Below are positions 9,263 to 18,913 of a stretch of 64,000 nucleotides of DNA, in pieces. This DNA is from an uncultured Pirellulaceae bacterium. Its GTDB lineage: Bacteria > Planctomycetota > Planctomycetia > Pirellulales > Pirellulaceae. The notes below the pieces were generated by a model. The model ran no database searches. It saw nothing but the letters and a program-made list of their open reading frames with translations, and had not been told where the DNA came from. Numbering within the stretch: position 1 is the stretch's first letter; each line of letters opens with the position of its first letter. The stretch covers positions 3,956-67,955 of the forward strand of contig CAYPXY010000020.1 in assembly GCA_964414815.1 (NCBI GenBank), given 5' to 3'. A program made the translations under genes and the position numbers.

Positions 9263-10585
9263 ATGCCAACATCCTCTATCTTGCGACGTGAATTTTTGAT
9301 TTCTTCTGCGGGGACGTTTGCTTCGCTCTATGGGCTGGGGCGATTGCCGTGGATGATGCCGGGCGACACGGGGGCTGGCCAAACCAAAAAGCGACTGATC
9401 ATTTTGTTTACCCCCAACGGGATGGTCAGCGACGGTTTCTGGCCGCAGACCGAAGGCCCCGATTTTGAATTGACGCATGTGCTCAAACCGCTTGAACCAT
9501 TTCGCGAGAAATTGTTGATTGTCAAAGGGATTTGCAATCTGATACAAGGTGATGGCGACAACCACATGCGCGGCATGAGTTGTCTACTGACGGGCAACGA
9601 GCTATTTCCCGGCAACATTCAGGGCGGAAGCCACACGCCAGCAGGCTGGGCCAAGGGCATTTCGATCGATCAGGAGATCAAGAACTATCTGCAGTCGCAA
9701 GAGAAAACTCGCACCCGTTTCGGCTCGCTGGAGTTCGGCGTGTTGGTCAACAACGAAGCCAATCCGTGGACCCGGATGGTGTATGCTGGCCCGAATCAGC
9801 CGGTGGCTCCTGTTTCCGATCCGTACCGGATGTTTGCGAAACTCCATGGTTCGGTCAAGGATCGTGAAAATCTGAATTCGGTGCTGGATCTGGTACAACT
9901 GGATCTGCAGCGATTCGCCCAACAGCCCGACCATCCGCAAGCTCGATTACTCGACTCGAATCGCGACTATGTCAGTCGCATGCAATCCGACCTGGCACAG
10001 TCGCTCAGCGCCAACCAGACGCTGGTGCCCGTCGAGTTGCCGCGTGACATTCCGCTGCGCAACGAACGAATGCCAGAGATTTCAAAAATGCAAATCGACT
10101 TGCTGGTCAATAGTTTCGTGAACGATTTGACCCGTGTCGCGACGTTCCAGTTTTCCCAGTCTGTCGGTGATTTGCGGGCGCCGTGGCTCGATGTCAACGA
10201 AGGGCATCATCATCTTTCGCATGAGCCGGACAACAACGGGGATGCACAGGACAAGCTCCGCCGAATCAATCATTGGTACAGTGAACAGTTGGCCTATCTG
10301 GCCGGTCAGCTTGACGCAATCAAGGAGCCCGGTTCGAACCAATCGATGCTGGACAACACGCTGATCGTCTGGACGAACGAGTTGGGGCACGGCAGTTCAC
10401 ATACGCTCAACAATTTGCCGATGGTATTGTTGGGCGGTGGTTTCGGTTTTGACATGGGGCGGTATGCCAAGGTAAAACGTGTTTCGACAACGAGACTCTG
10501 GCTCGCGATTGCCAACGCGATGGGACATCCAATCGATGCTTTTGGTCTTGCGGATCTGTGCAAGGACGGCCCGGTGGCGTTGTAA
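9263..10585 (+). CDS. DUF1552-family protein, the usual partner of DUF1592 proteins
   Basis: Tat-like 'RREFLISSAGT', 'EGHHHLSHE', and 'WTNELGHGSSH'. Family assignment is from memory. Confidence 0.85.
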   Translation: MPTSSILRREFLISSAGTFASLYGLGRLPWMMPGDTGAGQTKKRLIILFTPNGMVSDGFWPQTEGPDFELTHVLKPLEPFREKLLIVKGICNLIQGDGDNHMRGMSCLLTGNELFPGNIQGGSHTPAGWAKGISIDQEIKNYLQSQEKTRTRFGSLEFGVLVNNEANPWTRMVYAGPNQPVAPVSDPYRMFAKLHGSVKDRENLNSVLDLVQLDLQRFAQQPDHPQARLLDSNRDYVSRMQSDLAQSLSANQTLVPVELPRDIPLRNERMPEISKMQIDLLVNSFVNDLTRVATFQFSQSVGDLRAPWLDVNEGHHHLSHEPDNNGDAQDKLRRINHWYSEQLAYLAGQLDAIKEPGSNQSMLDNTLIVWTNELGHGSSHTLNNLPMVLLGGGFGFDMGRYAKVKRVSTTRLWLAIANAMGHPIDAFGLADLCKDGPVAL

Positions 10586-10758
10586 TGTGGGGCAAGTTCC
10601 AGATTGACTTTTGTTCATTAGACGAGGATAATTGGGACGCGAATTTACAAACCAACGAAATGACCGGATGAATCTATCGTTCCTGTCTTTGGCTTCCGAT
10701 TCCCAACTTATGCAATGCAGTTCTTGTTGCTGCTGAATTTCAGTTTTCAAATAATGCT

Positions 10759-11007
10759 ATGAACGAATACGAAATATTCCAAGGCATCATCCGGGGGGCG
10801 ACGATTGAACTCACAACAATACTACCCATGCCTGATGGTGCAAAGGTCGACGTGACAGTCAAACCGGCAAAAATGAGTGCCGAGCAACGTCGAGAAAAAC
10901 TGAAAAGTCTATTCGGAAGTTGCGAAGCAGACAGCGATGATCTGGATCAGTTTCTGGTGTGGAATGATCAACAGCGGAAGCGATGTCGAGCTGCCCCGTC
11001 GCCATGA
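10759..11007 (+). CDS. Putative antitoxin of the downstream PIN toxin
   Basis: An 82-aa ORF overlapping the vapC start by 25 nt. It has no recognisable HTH, so the call rests on genetic context. Confidence 0.5.
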   Translation: MNEYEIFQGIIRGATIELTTILPMPDGAKVDVTVKPAKMSAEQRREKLKSLFGSCEADSDDLDQFLVWNDQQRKRCRAAPSP

Positions 11008-11408
11008 ATTTTCTGATTGATACGAACATCTGTTCGGCGTACCTCAAAGGCGATCAGTATGTCTGGAACAAGTTTCTCCAGCATTCAGGCGGCTTGGCAA
11101 TTTCAGTAGTCACGGTCGGCGAACTTTGGACGTGGGTATCACGAGGTCAGGCTTCTTTGCGGTCGCGTCAGTCTGTTCTGGAGTTTTTTGACACTATCGA
11201 TGTCGTTGAGGTTAATTTGGCGGTGGCAATGAAGTTCGGCGAGTTGAGAGGCGTACTTCTGGATCAGGGAACGCCGATGCCCGACATGGACGGATTGATC
11301 GCAGCGTCAGCCTTGGTTGGTAACATGACCCTTGTGACTCACAATGTTGCCGATTTTGCGAATGTACCGAATTTGCAAGTACATGACTGGCTGAACCCCG
11401 GTTCGTAG
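10983..11408 (+). CDS. vapC: PIN-domain ribonuclease toxin (VapC family)
   Basis: 'FLIDTNICSAYL' (first acidic residue), 'DGLIAASAL', 'THNVADF', and about 140 aa in length. Confidence 0.85.
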   Translation: MSSCPVAMNFLIDTNICSAYLKGDQYVWNKFLQHSGGLAISVVTVGELWTWVSRGQASLRSRQSVLEFFDTIDVVEVNLAVAMKFGELRGVLLDQGTPMPDMDGLIAASALVGNMTLVTHNVADFANVPNLQVHDWLNPGS

Positions 11409-11427
11409 TCTCAGTTCACACAACTTC

Positions 11428-12525
11428 CTATATGACAGGAAGCTCCACAACTCGCCCCTCTTTCGCCGACTTCAGCAACGCATCCATCACCGTTTGAGTC
11501 TGTTGCGAAATCGTTGGCCAGTACGAATCGCGCTGGCCTTGGATGACGAGATCTGAAAAGGTTCGGACGAGCGAGACTTCCTGAGCTGCAGGATGAGCGT
11601 TACTGTATTCGTCGGTGATGATCTGGCTGCTTCGCTTCTCGAAATTGAAATCAAAACCCGATTCGTTGAATGTCGGATGGGTGCAATGAATGAGATTGCG
11701 GCTGCCGAACCACGGAAGTGTGAAATCGTCGATCATCGCCGTTCCACGGGTTCCCGAAAAGTGAACCCATTGCTGATTGATGGTTACGAAACTGCAATAC
11801 AGCGAAGCCGTCACTCCGTTTGCAAACGTCAACTCACCCGCAAATTCGGTCGTCGGGCGATCCCAGTTCCCATCGAGATTACGACCAATCACTCGAACGG
11901 GCATCTCTCCGTTCATTGCAGCCAGAATGATGCGAATGTTGTACCACCCCAAATCCCCCAGACATCCCCACGGCTCCATCGCCATATCAAGCCGAATATT
12001 CTCGCCAAAAAAACTCTCGTCGGCACAAAAAGAGAATTGCGAGTTGATTCGTTTCAGGTCGCCGATCCGTTCGCGGTCGCTCAAGACGGCTTTGAGTTTG
12101 GAAAGACGCTGAGAGTGCATGAACATGACGTTGTCCATAAACTGAACGCCGGCGCGATCGCAGGCATCGATCATTTTTTGCATCGAAGCTTCCGACACCG
12201 CACAAGGCTTCTCGCACAAAACATGTTTGCCGTTTTCCGCGGCGGCCACGACCCAACGTTCGCGAACGCCAGTCGGCAGCGGGATATAAACCGCATCGAC
12301 TTCCGGGCTTTGTAATAACGCTTCGTAACTTTCAAAAATAGATGGCGGATTTTTCATCGTAAACCGCTCGTTGCATTCGTCACGAAACTGACCACAACGC
12401 GACTTATCACGACTGGCCAGCCCGGTTAGTGTCGCGTTTTCTGCCCATCGCACAGATTGCCAGAACTTTCTCGCGATGGTGGCGGCTCCAAGAATTCCCC
12501 AGCGACAGGTTGGGTTGTTTGGCAT
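11428..12525 (-). CDS. Gfo/Idh/MocA family NAD(P)-dependent oxidoreductase
   Basis: Rossmann N-terminus 'CRWGILGAATIARKF' and 'EKPCA' motif. The start is set at the internal Met 'MPNNPTC' rather than the ORF-track start at 12588. Confidence 0.85.
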   Translation of the reverse strand: MPNNPTCRWGILGAATIARKFWQSVRWAENATLTGLASRDKSRCGQFRDECNERFTMKNPPSIFESYEALLQSPEVDAVYIPLPTGVRERWVVAAAENGKHVLCEKPCAVSEASMQKMIDACDRAGVQFMDNVMFMHSQRLSKLKAVLSDRERIGDLKRINSQFSFCADESFFGENIRLDMAMEPWGCLGDLGWYNIRIILAAMNGEMPVRVIGRNLDGNWDRPTTEFAGELTFANGVTASLYCSFVTINQQWVHFSGTRGTAMIDDFTLPWFGSRNLIHCTHPTFNESGFDFNFEKRSSQIITDEYSNAHPAAQEVSLVRTFSDLVIQGQRDSYWPTISQQTQTVMDALLKSAKEGRVVELPVI

Positions 12526-12669
12526 TGTACGTTTCCAGAAATGAAGTTTGGTCGGGTTGCTAGGTTGCCATTGGAGAATGAACAACATGTAGACAGCAAA
12601 AGGATTTGCACGATAATAGTATGAAGTTCAGCCCTGTGAAGTGGGTGGCTCAAATCTGCAAGCCAAAGA

Positions 12670-15324
12670 GTGGAAACGAGTATGCGGCAAAAAAAGCAAC
12701 GTGTTGGCATCCGTGCGAAGCAAAACCCGATCAGGGACCGCGAAAGGACCGATTTGCCATCAAGAAATATCGCGATCCGTCTGCAATGGGCCTTAGTCTT
12801 GGGGGCGTTTCTGCTGATCTGCCCTGACAGGGCTTACTCGCTTCAGGAGGACTCGCCTCGAGCCTCGAATCCCCTTTCCAACCCTGACACCCTGACGGAC
12901 GAGCCTTCCGCTGAAGCTCTGGCGTTCTATGAAGACAGAATCAAGCCAATTCTGGTTGACAATTGTGCGGGGTGCCACGCCGATGATCCAGAGGCGTTTG
13001 AAGGTGGGTTGGGCATCACGGGCCGCGCCAGTCTTTTGCGCGGCGGACATTCGGGTCCGGCGGTCGATCTGAAGAAGCCTGACAAGAGCCTGTTTCTGCT
13101 GGCGGTTGAGCACGAGCTGTTGCAAATGCCGCCCGATGAGAAGCTGCCTCAAGAGAACATCGACGATATCAAGAAGTGGATCGAGATGGGATTACCCTGG
13201 ACGCCGGAAGATGACATTGATCACGGCCCGCCAGAAAAGCATTCGCTCGTTGATGAAAAGGCAAAATTGTGGTGGGCCTTTCAGCCGGTTGCTCGCCCGC
13301 AAGTTCCAACTACTCAAGACGACTCCTGGAGTAAGAACGAAACGGATCATTTCATCTACGCCAAGCTGCGCGAAGCCGATCTTTCGCCCGCACCGCCAGC
13401 GGATCGGCGCACCTTGATTCGCCGTGCAACCTACGATTTGATTGGTCTGCCGCCGACACCGGAAGAGATCGAAGCGTTCGTGAACGACGAAAGCCCTGAC
13501 GCATTCGAAAAACGGGTCGAGCAATTACTTGCTTCTCCGCAATATGGCGAGAAATGGGGCCGACACTGGCTGGATTTGGTTCGCTATGCCGAATCTAACA
13601 GTTTCGAGCGCGATGGAACGAAGCCCTTTGTCTGGCGATATCGCGATTACGTGATTCGGGCGTTTAACGATGACAAACCGTACAACCAGTTTTTGCTGGA
13701 GCAACTCGCTGGCGATGAACTGGATGAAGTAACCATCGAATCCGTGATTGCGACCGGGTATTACCGCTTGGGCCAGTGGGATGACGAACCCGCCGATCCC
13801 CAGCAAGCGAAGTTCGACGAACTCGATGATATTCTGGGAACCACGTCGCAGACGATGCTTGGCCTGACCATCAACTGTGCTCGCTGTCACGATCATAAAA
13901 TTGACCCGATCAGCCAGCGTGACTACTACAGCATGCTTTCGTTTTTGGGAAATGTTCGTCGGTACGGAATCCGCTCCAACGAAACCGTGTTTGATGCGTC
14001 GGTTCGAACGATGGAAAATGATCGCAACGATCCGGAGACACTCAAGTCGATCGAGCAGGTTGCCAAGCAGATTTCAGAGGTTGAATCCAACATTCTCGAA
14101 ATCGAAAACAAGGCGATCGCGGGTTTTGAGCCGGTTGAGCACGAAGAGTTCCAATACGAAATGCACAAGGTGCGCCTGATCAAGAAGCAGGTCGGCAACA
14201 CGATTGAGCAAGCCGATATGGAGCAATATGAGCGGCTCAAGCGGCAACATGGGAGACTCAAGCAGCGGCTCGATTCGAACAAGATTCAAATTCTGGCCGT
14301 CAAGGAACACGGAACCCAACTGCCGCAAATGAAGGTCCGCATTCGAGGCAACCCACACGTCGAAGGTGTGGATGTCGAACCGGCTTTCCCGGAAGTTTTT
14401 GGCTTGGGACCGGTATCGATGGCTGCCTCGCAAAGCAGTACGGGTGCGCGACGGGCATTGGCGGACTGGATTGTTTCAGAATCCAACCCATTGACAGCCC
14501 GTGTGATGGTCAACCGGATCTGGCAGTACCATTTCGGCGAAGGGATTGTTCGCACAAGCAGTGATTTCGGATACCAGGGATCGCTGCCGACGCATCCGGA
14601 ACTGCTGGACTGGCTGGCAGCCGAGTTTGTCGAATCGAACTGGAGTATCAAGGCGATCCATCGCAAAGTGATGCTTTCCGCAGCCTATCAAATGTCGGGC
14701 GCGTACAATCAGGTGGCCTACGACAAGGATCCGTTGAACGAACGGCTCTGGCGATTCAAACTTCGCCGTTTGACCGCCGAGGAGATCCGCGATTCGGCGC
14801 TGTTGGCGGCCGGTCAGTTGAACGTGAAAGACATGTTCGGGCCGTCGATTTTCCCCAAGATGCCGAAAGAAATCTTGCAAGGTCAAAGTATGCCGGGGGA
14901 CAACTGGCGAGAATCCCCCAAGGACCAACAAAACCGCCGAAGCGTGTATGTTCACGTCAAACGGTCCATGCAATTGCCGATTCTCGCGACGCATGATACG
15001 GCGGATACGGATGCAGCCTGCCCGATACGTTTTGTGACCACCCAGCCGACTCAGTCGCTGACCATGCTTAACAGCGAGTTTACTGGCGACATAGCAAAGG
15101 AAATGGCCAGTTCGCTCGCCGCAACGTTCCCTGACGATCAGGATCAGCAAATTCGGGAGGCATTTTCGCGAGTCACCCAGCGGCCACCGGTTGAAGCTGA
15201 AACGAACCAGCTAAAGCAGATCCTCGAAGAATGGAAAACGAACGATGGTCTGAACCAGGAACAAGCGATGCAGCAGTTGTGTTTGTTGCTGTTGAACTTG
15301 AATGAATTTGTTTATGTGGATTAA
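12670..15324 (+). CDS. PSCyt1/PSCyt2(DUF1549)/PSD1(DUF1553) protein
   Basis: 'CAGCHADDPEAFEGGL', 'INCARCHDHKIDPI', and C-terminal DUF1553-like 'LLLLNLNEFVYVD'. Confidence 0.9.
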   Translation: METSMRQKKQRVGIRAKQNPIRDRERTDLPSRNIAIRLQWALVLGAFLLICPDRAYSLQEDSPRASNPLSNPDTLTDEPSAEALAFYEDRIKPILVDNCAGCHADDPEAFEGGLGITGRASLLRGGHSGPAVDLKKPDKSLFLLAVEHELLQMPPDEKLPQENIDDIKKWIEMGLPWTPEDDIDHGPPEKHSLVDEKAKLWWAFQPVARPQVPTTQDDSWSKNETDHFIYAKLREADLSPAPPADRRTLIRRATYDLIGLPPTPEEIEAFVNDESPDAFEKRVEQLLASPQYGEKWGRHWLDLVRYAESNSFERDGTKPFVWRYRDYVIRAFNDDKPYNQFLLEQLAGDELDEVTIESVIATGYYRLGQWDDEPADPQQAKFDELDDILGTTSQTMLGLTINCARCHDHKIDPISQRDYYSMLSFLGNVRRYGIRSNETVFDASVRTMENDRNDPETLKSIEQVAKQISEVESNILEIENKAIAGFEPVEHEEFQYEMHKVRLIKKQVGNTIEQADMEQYERLKRQHGRLKQRLDSNKIQILAVKEHGTQLPQMKVRIRGNPHVEGVDVEPAFPEVFGLGPVSMAASQSSTGARRALADWIVSESNPLTARVMVNRIWQYHFGEGIVRTSSDFGYQGSLPTHPELLDWLAAEFVESNWSIKAIHRKVMLSAAYQMSGAYNQVAYDKDPLNERLWRFKLRRLTAEEIRDSALLAAGQLNVKDMFGPSIFPKMPKEILQGQSMPGDNWRESPKDQQNRRSVYVHVKRSMQLPILATHDTADTDAACPIRFVTTQPTQSLTMLNSEFTGDIAKEMASSLAATFPDDQDQQIREAFSRVTQRPPVEAETNQLKQILEEWKTNDGLNQEQAMQQLCLLLLNLNEFVYVD

Positions 15325-15336
15325 AAGGTGAGTTTC

Positions 15337-16794
15337 ATGAAAAAACATTCTGACTTCTGTGGTCGTACGCGACGTGAATTTTTCTGGCAAGCCGGTGCGG
15401 GCTTCTCGGGATTGGCTCTGGCGGGCATGCTCGATCACAAATTTCTCGCGGCTCAAGACGAAACCGCAGACGGCCAGAAGTGGAAAAATCCGCTTGCGGC
15501 GAAAGAACCTCACCTTCCGGCCAAAGCCAAGAACGTTATCTTTCTGTACATGTATGGCGGCCCCAGCCAGATTGATACGTTTGACTATAAGCCGTCGATG
15601 TACGGCATGGACGGCAAGACTATTGCGGTGAAAACCTTTGGTCGCGGGGGACATAAAAATGAAGGCCGGATTGTCGAGCCGCGCTGGAAATTCAAGCAGT
15701 ACGGTCAATGTGGCAAATGGGTTTCGGATCTCTTTCCCACGCTTGGCCAATGCGTCGACGACATTGCATTTATTCACAGCATGACAGCCGATTCGCCGAT
15801 TCATGGTTCAGCCATGCTGCAAATGAACTCGGGTAAAATCACCAGCGGTTCGCCGGCGCTCGGTTCGTGGGTGAACTATGGGCTGGGCAGCGTCAACGAA
15901 AACCTGCCGGGCTTTGTCGTCATGCTCGACCATTCCGGCGGTCCGATCAGCGGTGCAAAAAACTGGAGCAGCGGCTATATGCCGGCGACTTATCAGGGAA
16001 CGGTGGTTCGCAGCAAGGGCGTTCCGATTCTCGACCTGAACCGACCGGAATACATGACCGATGCCGTTCAGCGAAAGACACTGGATGTGCTGCGCGATCT
16101 GAACCAGCAGCATGAATTGTCGCGCGGTGGGAATTCGGAACTGGCGGCACGGATCAGCAGTTACGAACTGGCCTATAAAATGCAAAGCACCGCACCGGAA
16201 GCCGTCGATCTCGGCAGTGAATCCGCCGAGACCCTGAAATTGTATGGCATCGACAGTCCGAAATCAGAGTATTTTGGCCGGCAATGTTTGATGGCCCGCC
16301 GGTTGGTCGAACGCGGCGTTCGTTTTGTTCAAATTTATTCCGGTGGCAACCACAACGATGCCAACTGGGACGCACATGGCGACTTGGTCAAGAACCATGA
16401 ACTTCATGCGGGCGAAACCGATGTTCCGATTGCCGGTCTGATTCGAGATTTGAAGCAGCGCGGGATGCTGGATGAAACACTGATCATTTGGGGCGGCGAA
16501 TTCGGTCGTCAACCGACGGCAGAATATGCCGAGGGAACCGGTCGCGATCACAATGCCTACGGGTTCACGATGTGGATGGCAGGCGGCGGCATCAAGGGCG
16601 GGATCAGCTACGGCTCAACCGATGAGCTGGGCGCCTTTGCCGTGGATAACAAGCTGCACGTCAAGCGAATGCATGCCACGATTCTGCAGTTGCTGGGCCT
16701 TGATCCCAATCGCCTAAGCTACTTCTTCGGCGGGCTCGATCAGAGATTGATCGGTGTCGAACGAGTCGAACCGATCAAGGAATTGATGGCTTGA
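15337..16794 (+). CDS. DUF1501 (sulfatase-like) protein with a Tat signal
   Basis: 'RREFFWQAGAGFSGLALAG' and 'WGGEFGRQP', 12 nt after the upstream stop. ATG at 15337 is preferred over GTG at 15328. Confidence 0.9.
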   Translation: MKKHSDFCGRTRREFFWQAGAGFSGLALAGMLDHKFLAAQDETADGQKWKNPLAAKEPHLPAKAKNVIFLYMYGGPSQIDTFDYKPSMYGMDGKTIAVKTFGRGGHKNEGRIVEPRWKFKQYGQCGKWVSDLFPTLGQCVDDIAFIHSMTADSPIHGSAMLQMNSGKITSGSPALGSWVNYGLGSVNENLPGFVVMLDHSGGPISGAKNWSSGYMPATYQGTVVRSKGVPILDLNRPEYMTDAVQRKTLDVLRDLNQQHELSRGGNSELAARISSYELAYKMQSTAPEAVDLGSESAETLKLYGIDSPKSEYFGRQCLMARRLVERGVRFVQIYSGGNHNDANWDAHGDLVKNHELHAGETDVPIAGLIRDLKQRGMLDETLIIWGGEFGRQPTAEYAEGTGRDHNAYGFTMWMAGGGIKGGISYGSTDELGAFAVDNKLHVKRMHATILQLLGLDPNRLSYFFGGLDQRLIGVERVEPIKELMA

Positions 16795-16856
16795 GTGCGG
16801 AGCAACCGTGTCCAATCGCGAAGTCTTCAGTTTCCGGTTGGTTGTCTGTCTCAATG

Positions 16857-18704
16857 CTAGTCAGGCCTGAAAAATCGCAATTGGATTTTCGTTCCAGGTT
16901 CGACCTTTACCGAGGCTGCGCGATCATCAACTCGATACATTGCAGGATGAGTGCTGAAACGCAGAACCCAATTCCCCGGCGGGCAGGAAGGAATGCTGAA
17001 ATTTCCGTCAGCGTCCGTCATGAATTTGGTGATGTGAGTTACCCCTCCATGGAGATCCATTGTATCTCCCTCATCACAAACGTATCCAAAATAATTTGCC
17101 AGCGGTTTGCTGTCGGATCCGTCAACGGTCCGACCATCCAAAACCGTACCGTTAACTTCAGTTGCTAACAGTTGCAATCCGTCCACATCAATGGGATTCA
17201 ATGATACGTTCGTGTCTTCCACGAGAAATTCTTGTGTCCACGATTTGGAATACCAGTGAGATGAATCCTCAATCCAGTAACCGTAGCTTGAATACCTGTC
17301 TGAACCTTGCGGTGCGAGCAACAACGTATATTCTCCGGGTAGGAGGCCATCGATGTTAAGGAATCCGCCAACCGTAACCGGTACCTCAAACGGGATTTGA
17401 TCTTTCGGAAGAACCCACGCGCGTGGAATATTTCCCAAATGCATCTGAGCCTTTGATTTCAATTGAGCGGTTACTGAATATCCTCGACCGAGTTGCAGTA
17501 AAACGGGAACCTTGATTGCCTCATCCGATGAAAGCTCCTTGGTTAGTCGCACCACACCATCCTGCAAAACTCGAACCGACAGAGAATCCACTTCAGGGGA
17601 AAAGACTTCCCACTTTCCCTGCGGGTAGGGGCCAGGCACGTCGTGATATCGATTGACGGTGTGCTTGTAGTTGAATTTCACTTGAACGATGCAATCTTCG
17701 ATCGCATTCCCTTGTTCATCAATGACCGTCCCTCGGATCAAGGGTTCAGCATCGAACGCGATAACATTCTCGCGTTCTGGTGAAAGCTCAGACAGCCGAG
17801 CCTTTCGGGGAACATGGTTCTTTATGACAAGAGAAATTTGGTGCTCTGGATCTTGAGCGTAACTGGCGTGGATTGCCACCAAGCAACGCCCGGTATCATC
17901 GGTTGGCACCCAACTGTTGCTAACTGCCGCATCACGAATTGGATTGCCAGCCGCATCAATCAAACGACAAGGGATATACAAATTGCGAGACAATAAAAGA
18001 TTGATTTCCCGATCAGACGTTTCGATCTCATCTTCTCCGTATTCATCATGTCGTGCGGCGACTCCTTCAAAGAAAGCACAAGGTAACCGGTAGTATCCCG
18101 TGTCGTCTGTCTGAACGGCTTGACTCCAAACGGCATACGGAAAGTGCGACCCCAATACCAGCGGTGCAACTTGAGCACCGACAATAGGGAGTTGGGTTCC
18201 ATCATCCAGCACTCGTCCGGTGAGAACGACCCCCTTTTTTAGTTCAATGGGCGTTGGTTCGGCGTCAAGATCAGTCGGTTGATCGGAGAGATGGTAAGAA
18301 AATTCGGCCAACCCAAAAATATACTTGTCATCCAGATTGTCAGCATCGACCCAAAGTCGAATGTATCCGAATTTTGGAACTGGTTCAGGGATCGTTAGAA
18401 TTCCATGATCATGACTCAGCTCGATCTTGCTTGCTTCGAGCGCATGGTCGAGCGCGCGGCTGTCAATTCGGTACGTCACTCGAAAGTTTCTGAGGAGCTC
18501 GCTCTCATCGTCGAGAATTTTGAAACGCAAAGCCGAAATGGTTGGCCTCTGAACCTCTCCATGGAACGGAATTGCACGAATATTGTCGTCAGGATTCCTC
18601 TGGACCATTTCCTCGCCTCCTTGAAACGCCGCACACTCGCTAGCACTGCAAACGTCGACAACGCTGTACCCGAGCATCACGAAGCACAAAATAAAGAGTC
18701 TCAT
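16857..18704 (-). CDS. Large secreted hypothetical protein with repeated carboxypeptidase-regulatory-like beta-sandwich segments
   Basis: Signal-like 'MRLFILCFVMLGYSVVDVCSA'. Repeats of the type 'LTGRVLDDGTQLPIVGAQV', 'IRGTVIDEQGNAIEDCIVQV' and 'VNGTVLDGRTVDG'. Confidence 0.6.
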   Translation of the reverse strand: MRLFILCFVMLGYSVVDVCSASECAAFQGGEEMVQRNPDDNIRAIPFHGEVQRPTISALRFKILDDESELLRNFRVTYRIDSRALDHALEASKIELSHDHGILTIPEPVPKFGYIRLWVDADNLDDKYIFGLAEFSYHLSDQPTDLDAEPTPIELKKGVVLTGRVLDDGTQLPIVGAQVAPLVLGSHFPYAVWSQAVQTDDTGYYRLPCAFFEGVAARHDEYGEDEIETSDREINLLLSRNLYIPCRLIDAAGNPIRDAAVSNSWVPTDDTGRCLVAIHASYAQDPEHQISLVIKNHVPRKARLSELSPERENVIAFDAEPLIRGTVIDEQGNAIEDCIVQVKFNYKHTVNRYHDVPGPYPQGKWEVFSPEVDSLSVRVLQDGVVRLTKELSSDEAIKVPVLLQLGRGYSVTAQLKSKAQMHLGNIPRAWVLPKDQIPFEVPVTVGGFLNIDGLLPGEYTLLLAPQGSDRYSSYGYWIEDSSHWYSKSWTQEFLVEDTNVSLNPIDVDGLQLLATEVNGTVLDGRTVDGSDSKPLANYFGYVCDEGDTMDLHGGVTHITKFMTDADGNFSIPSCPPGNWVLRFSTHPAMYRVDDRAASVKVEPGTKIQLRFFRPD

Positions 18705-18913
18705 CAGATATCCTTTGAGTTTGTAAGTGAATCCCTCTCCATCATACCGCATTCCACACACATGCCGAAACACAATGGAAGCCATAATCAAAGCAAATGG
18801 CACGCCTGCAAAGTAAGAAGAAAAAATTATCAGCCGGGTTCCTTCCCTTTCGAAATTTCTTAAACTGGTGTCGTTGTAGTCAGTTTTTCTCGGAGTAACG
18901 AAAGGGGAGAATT

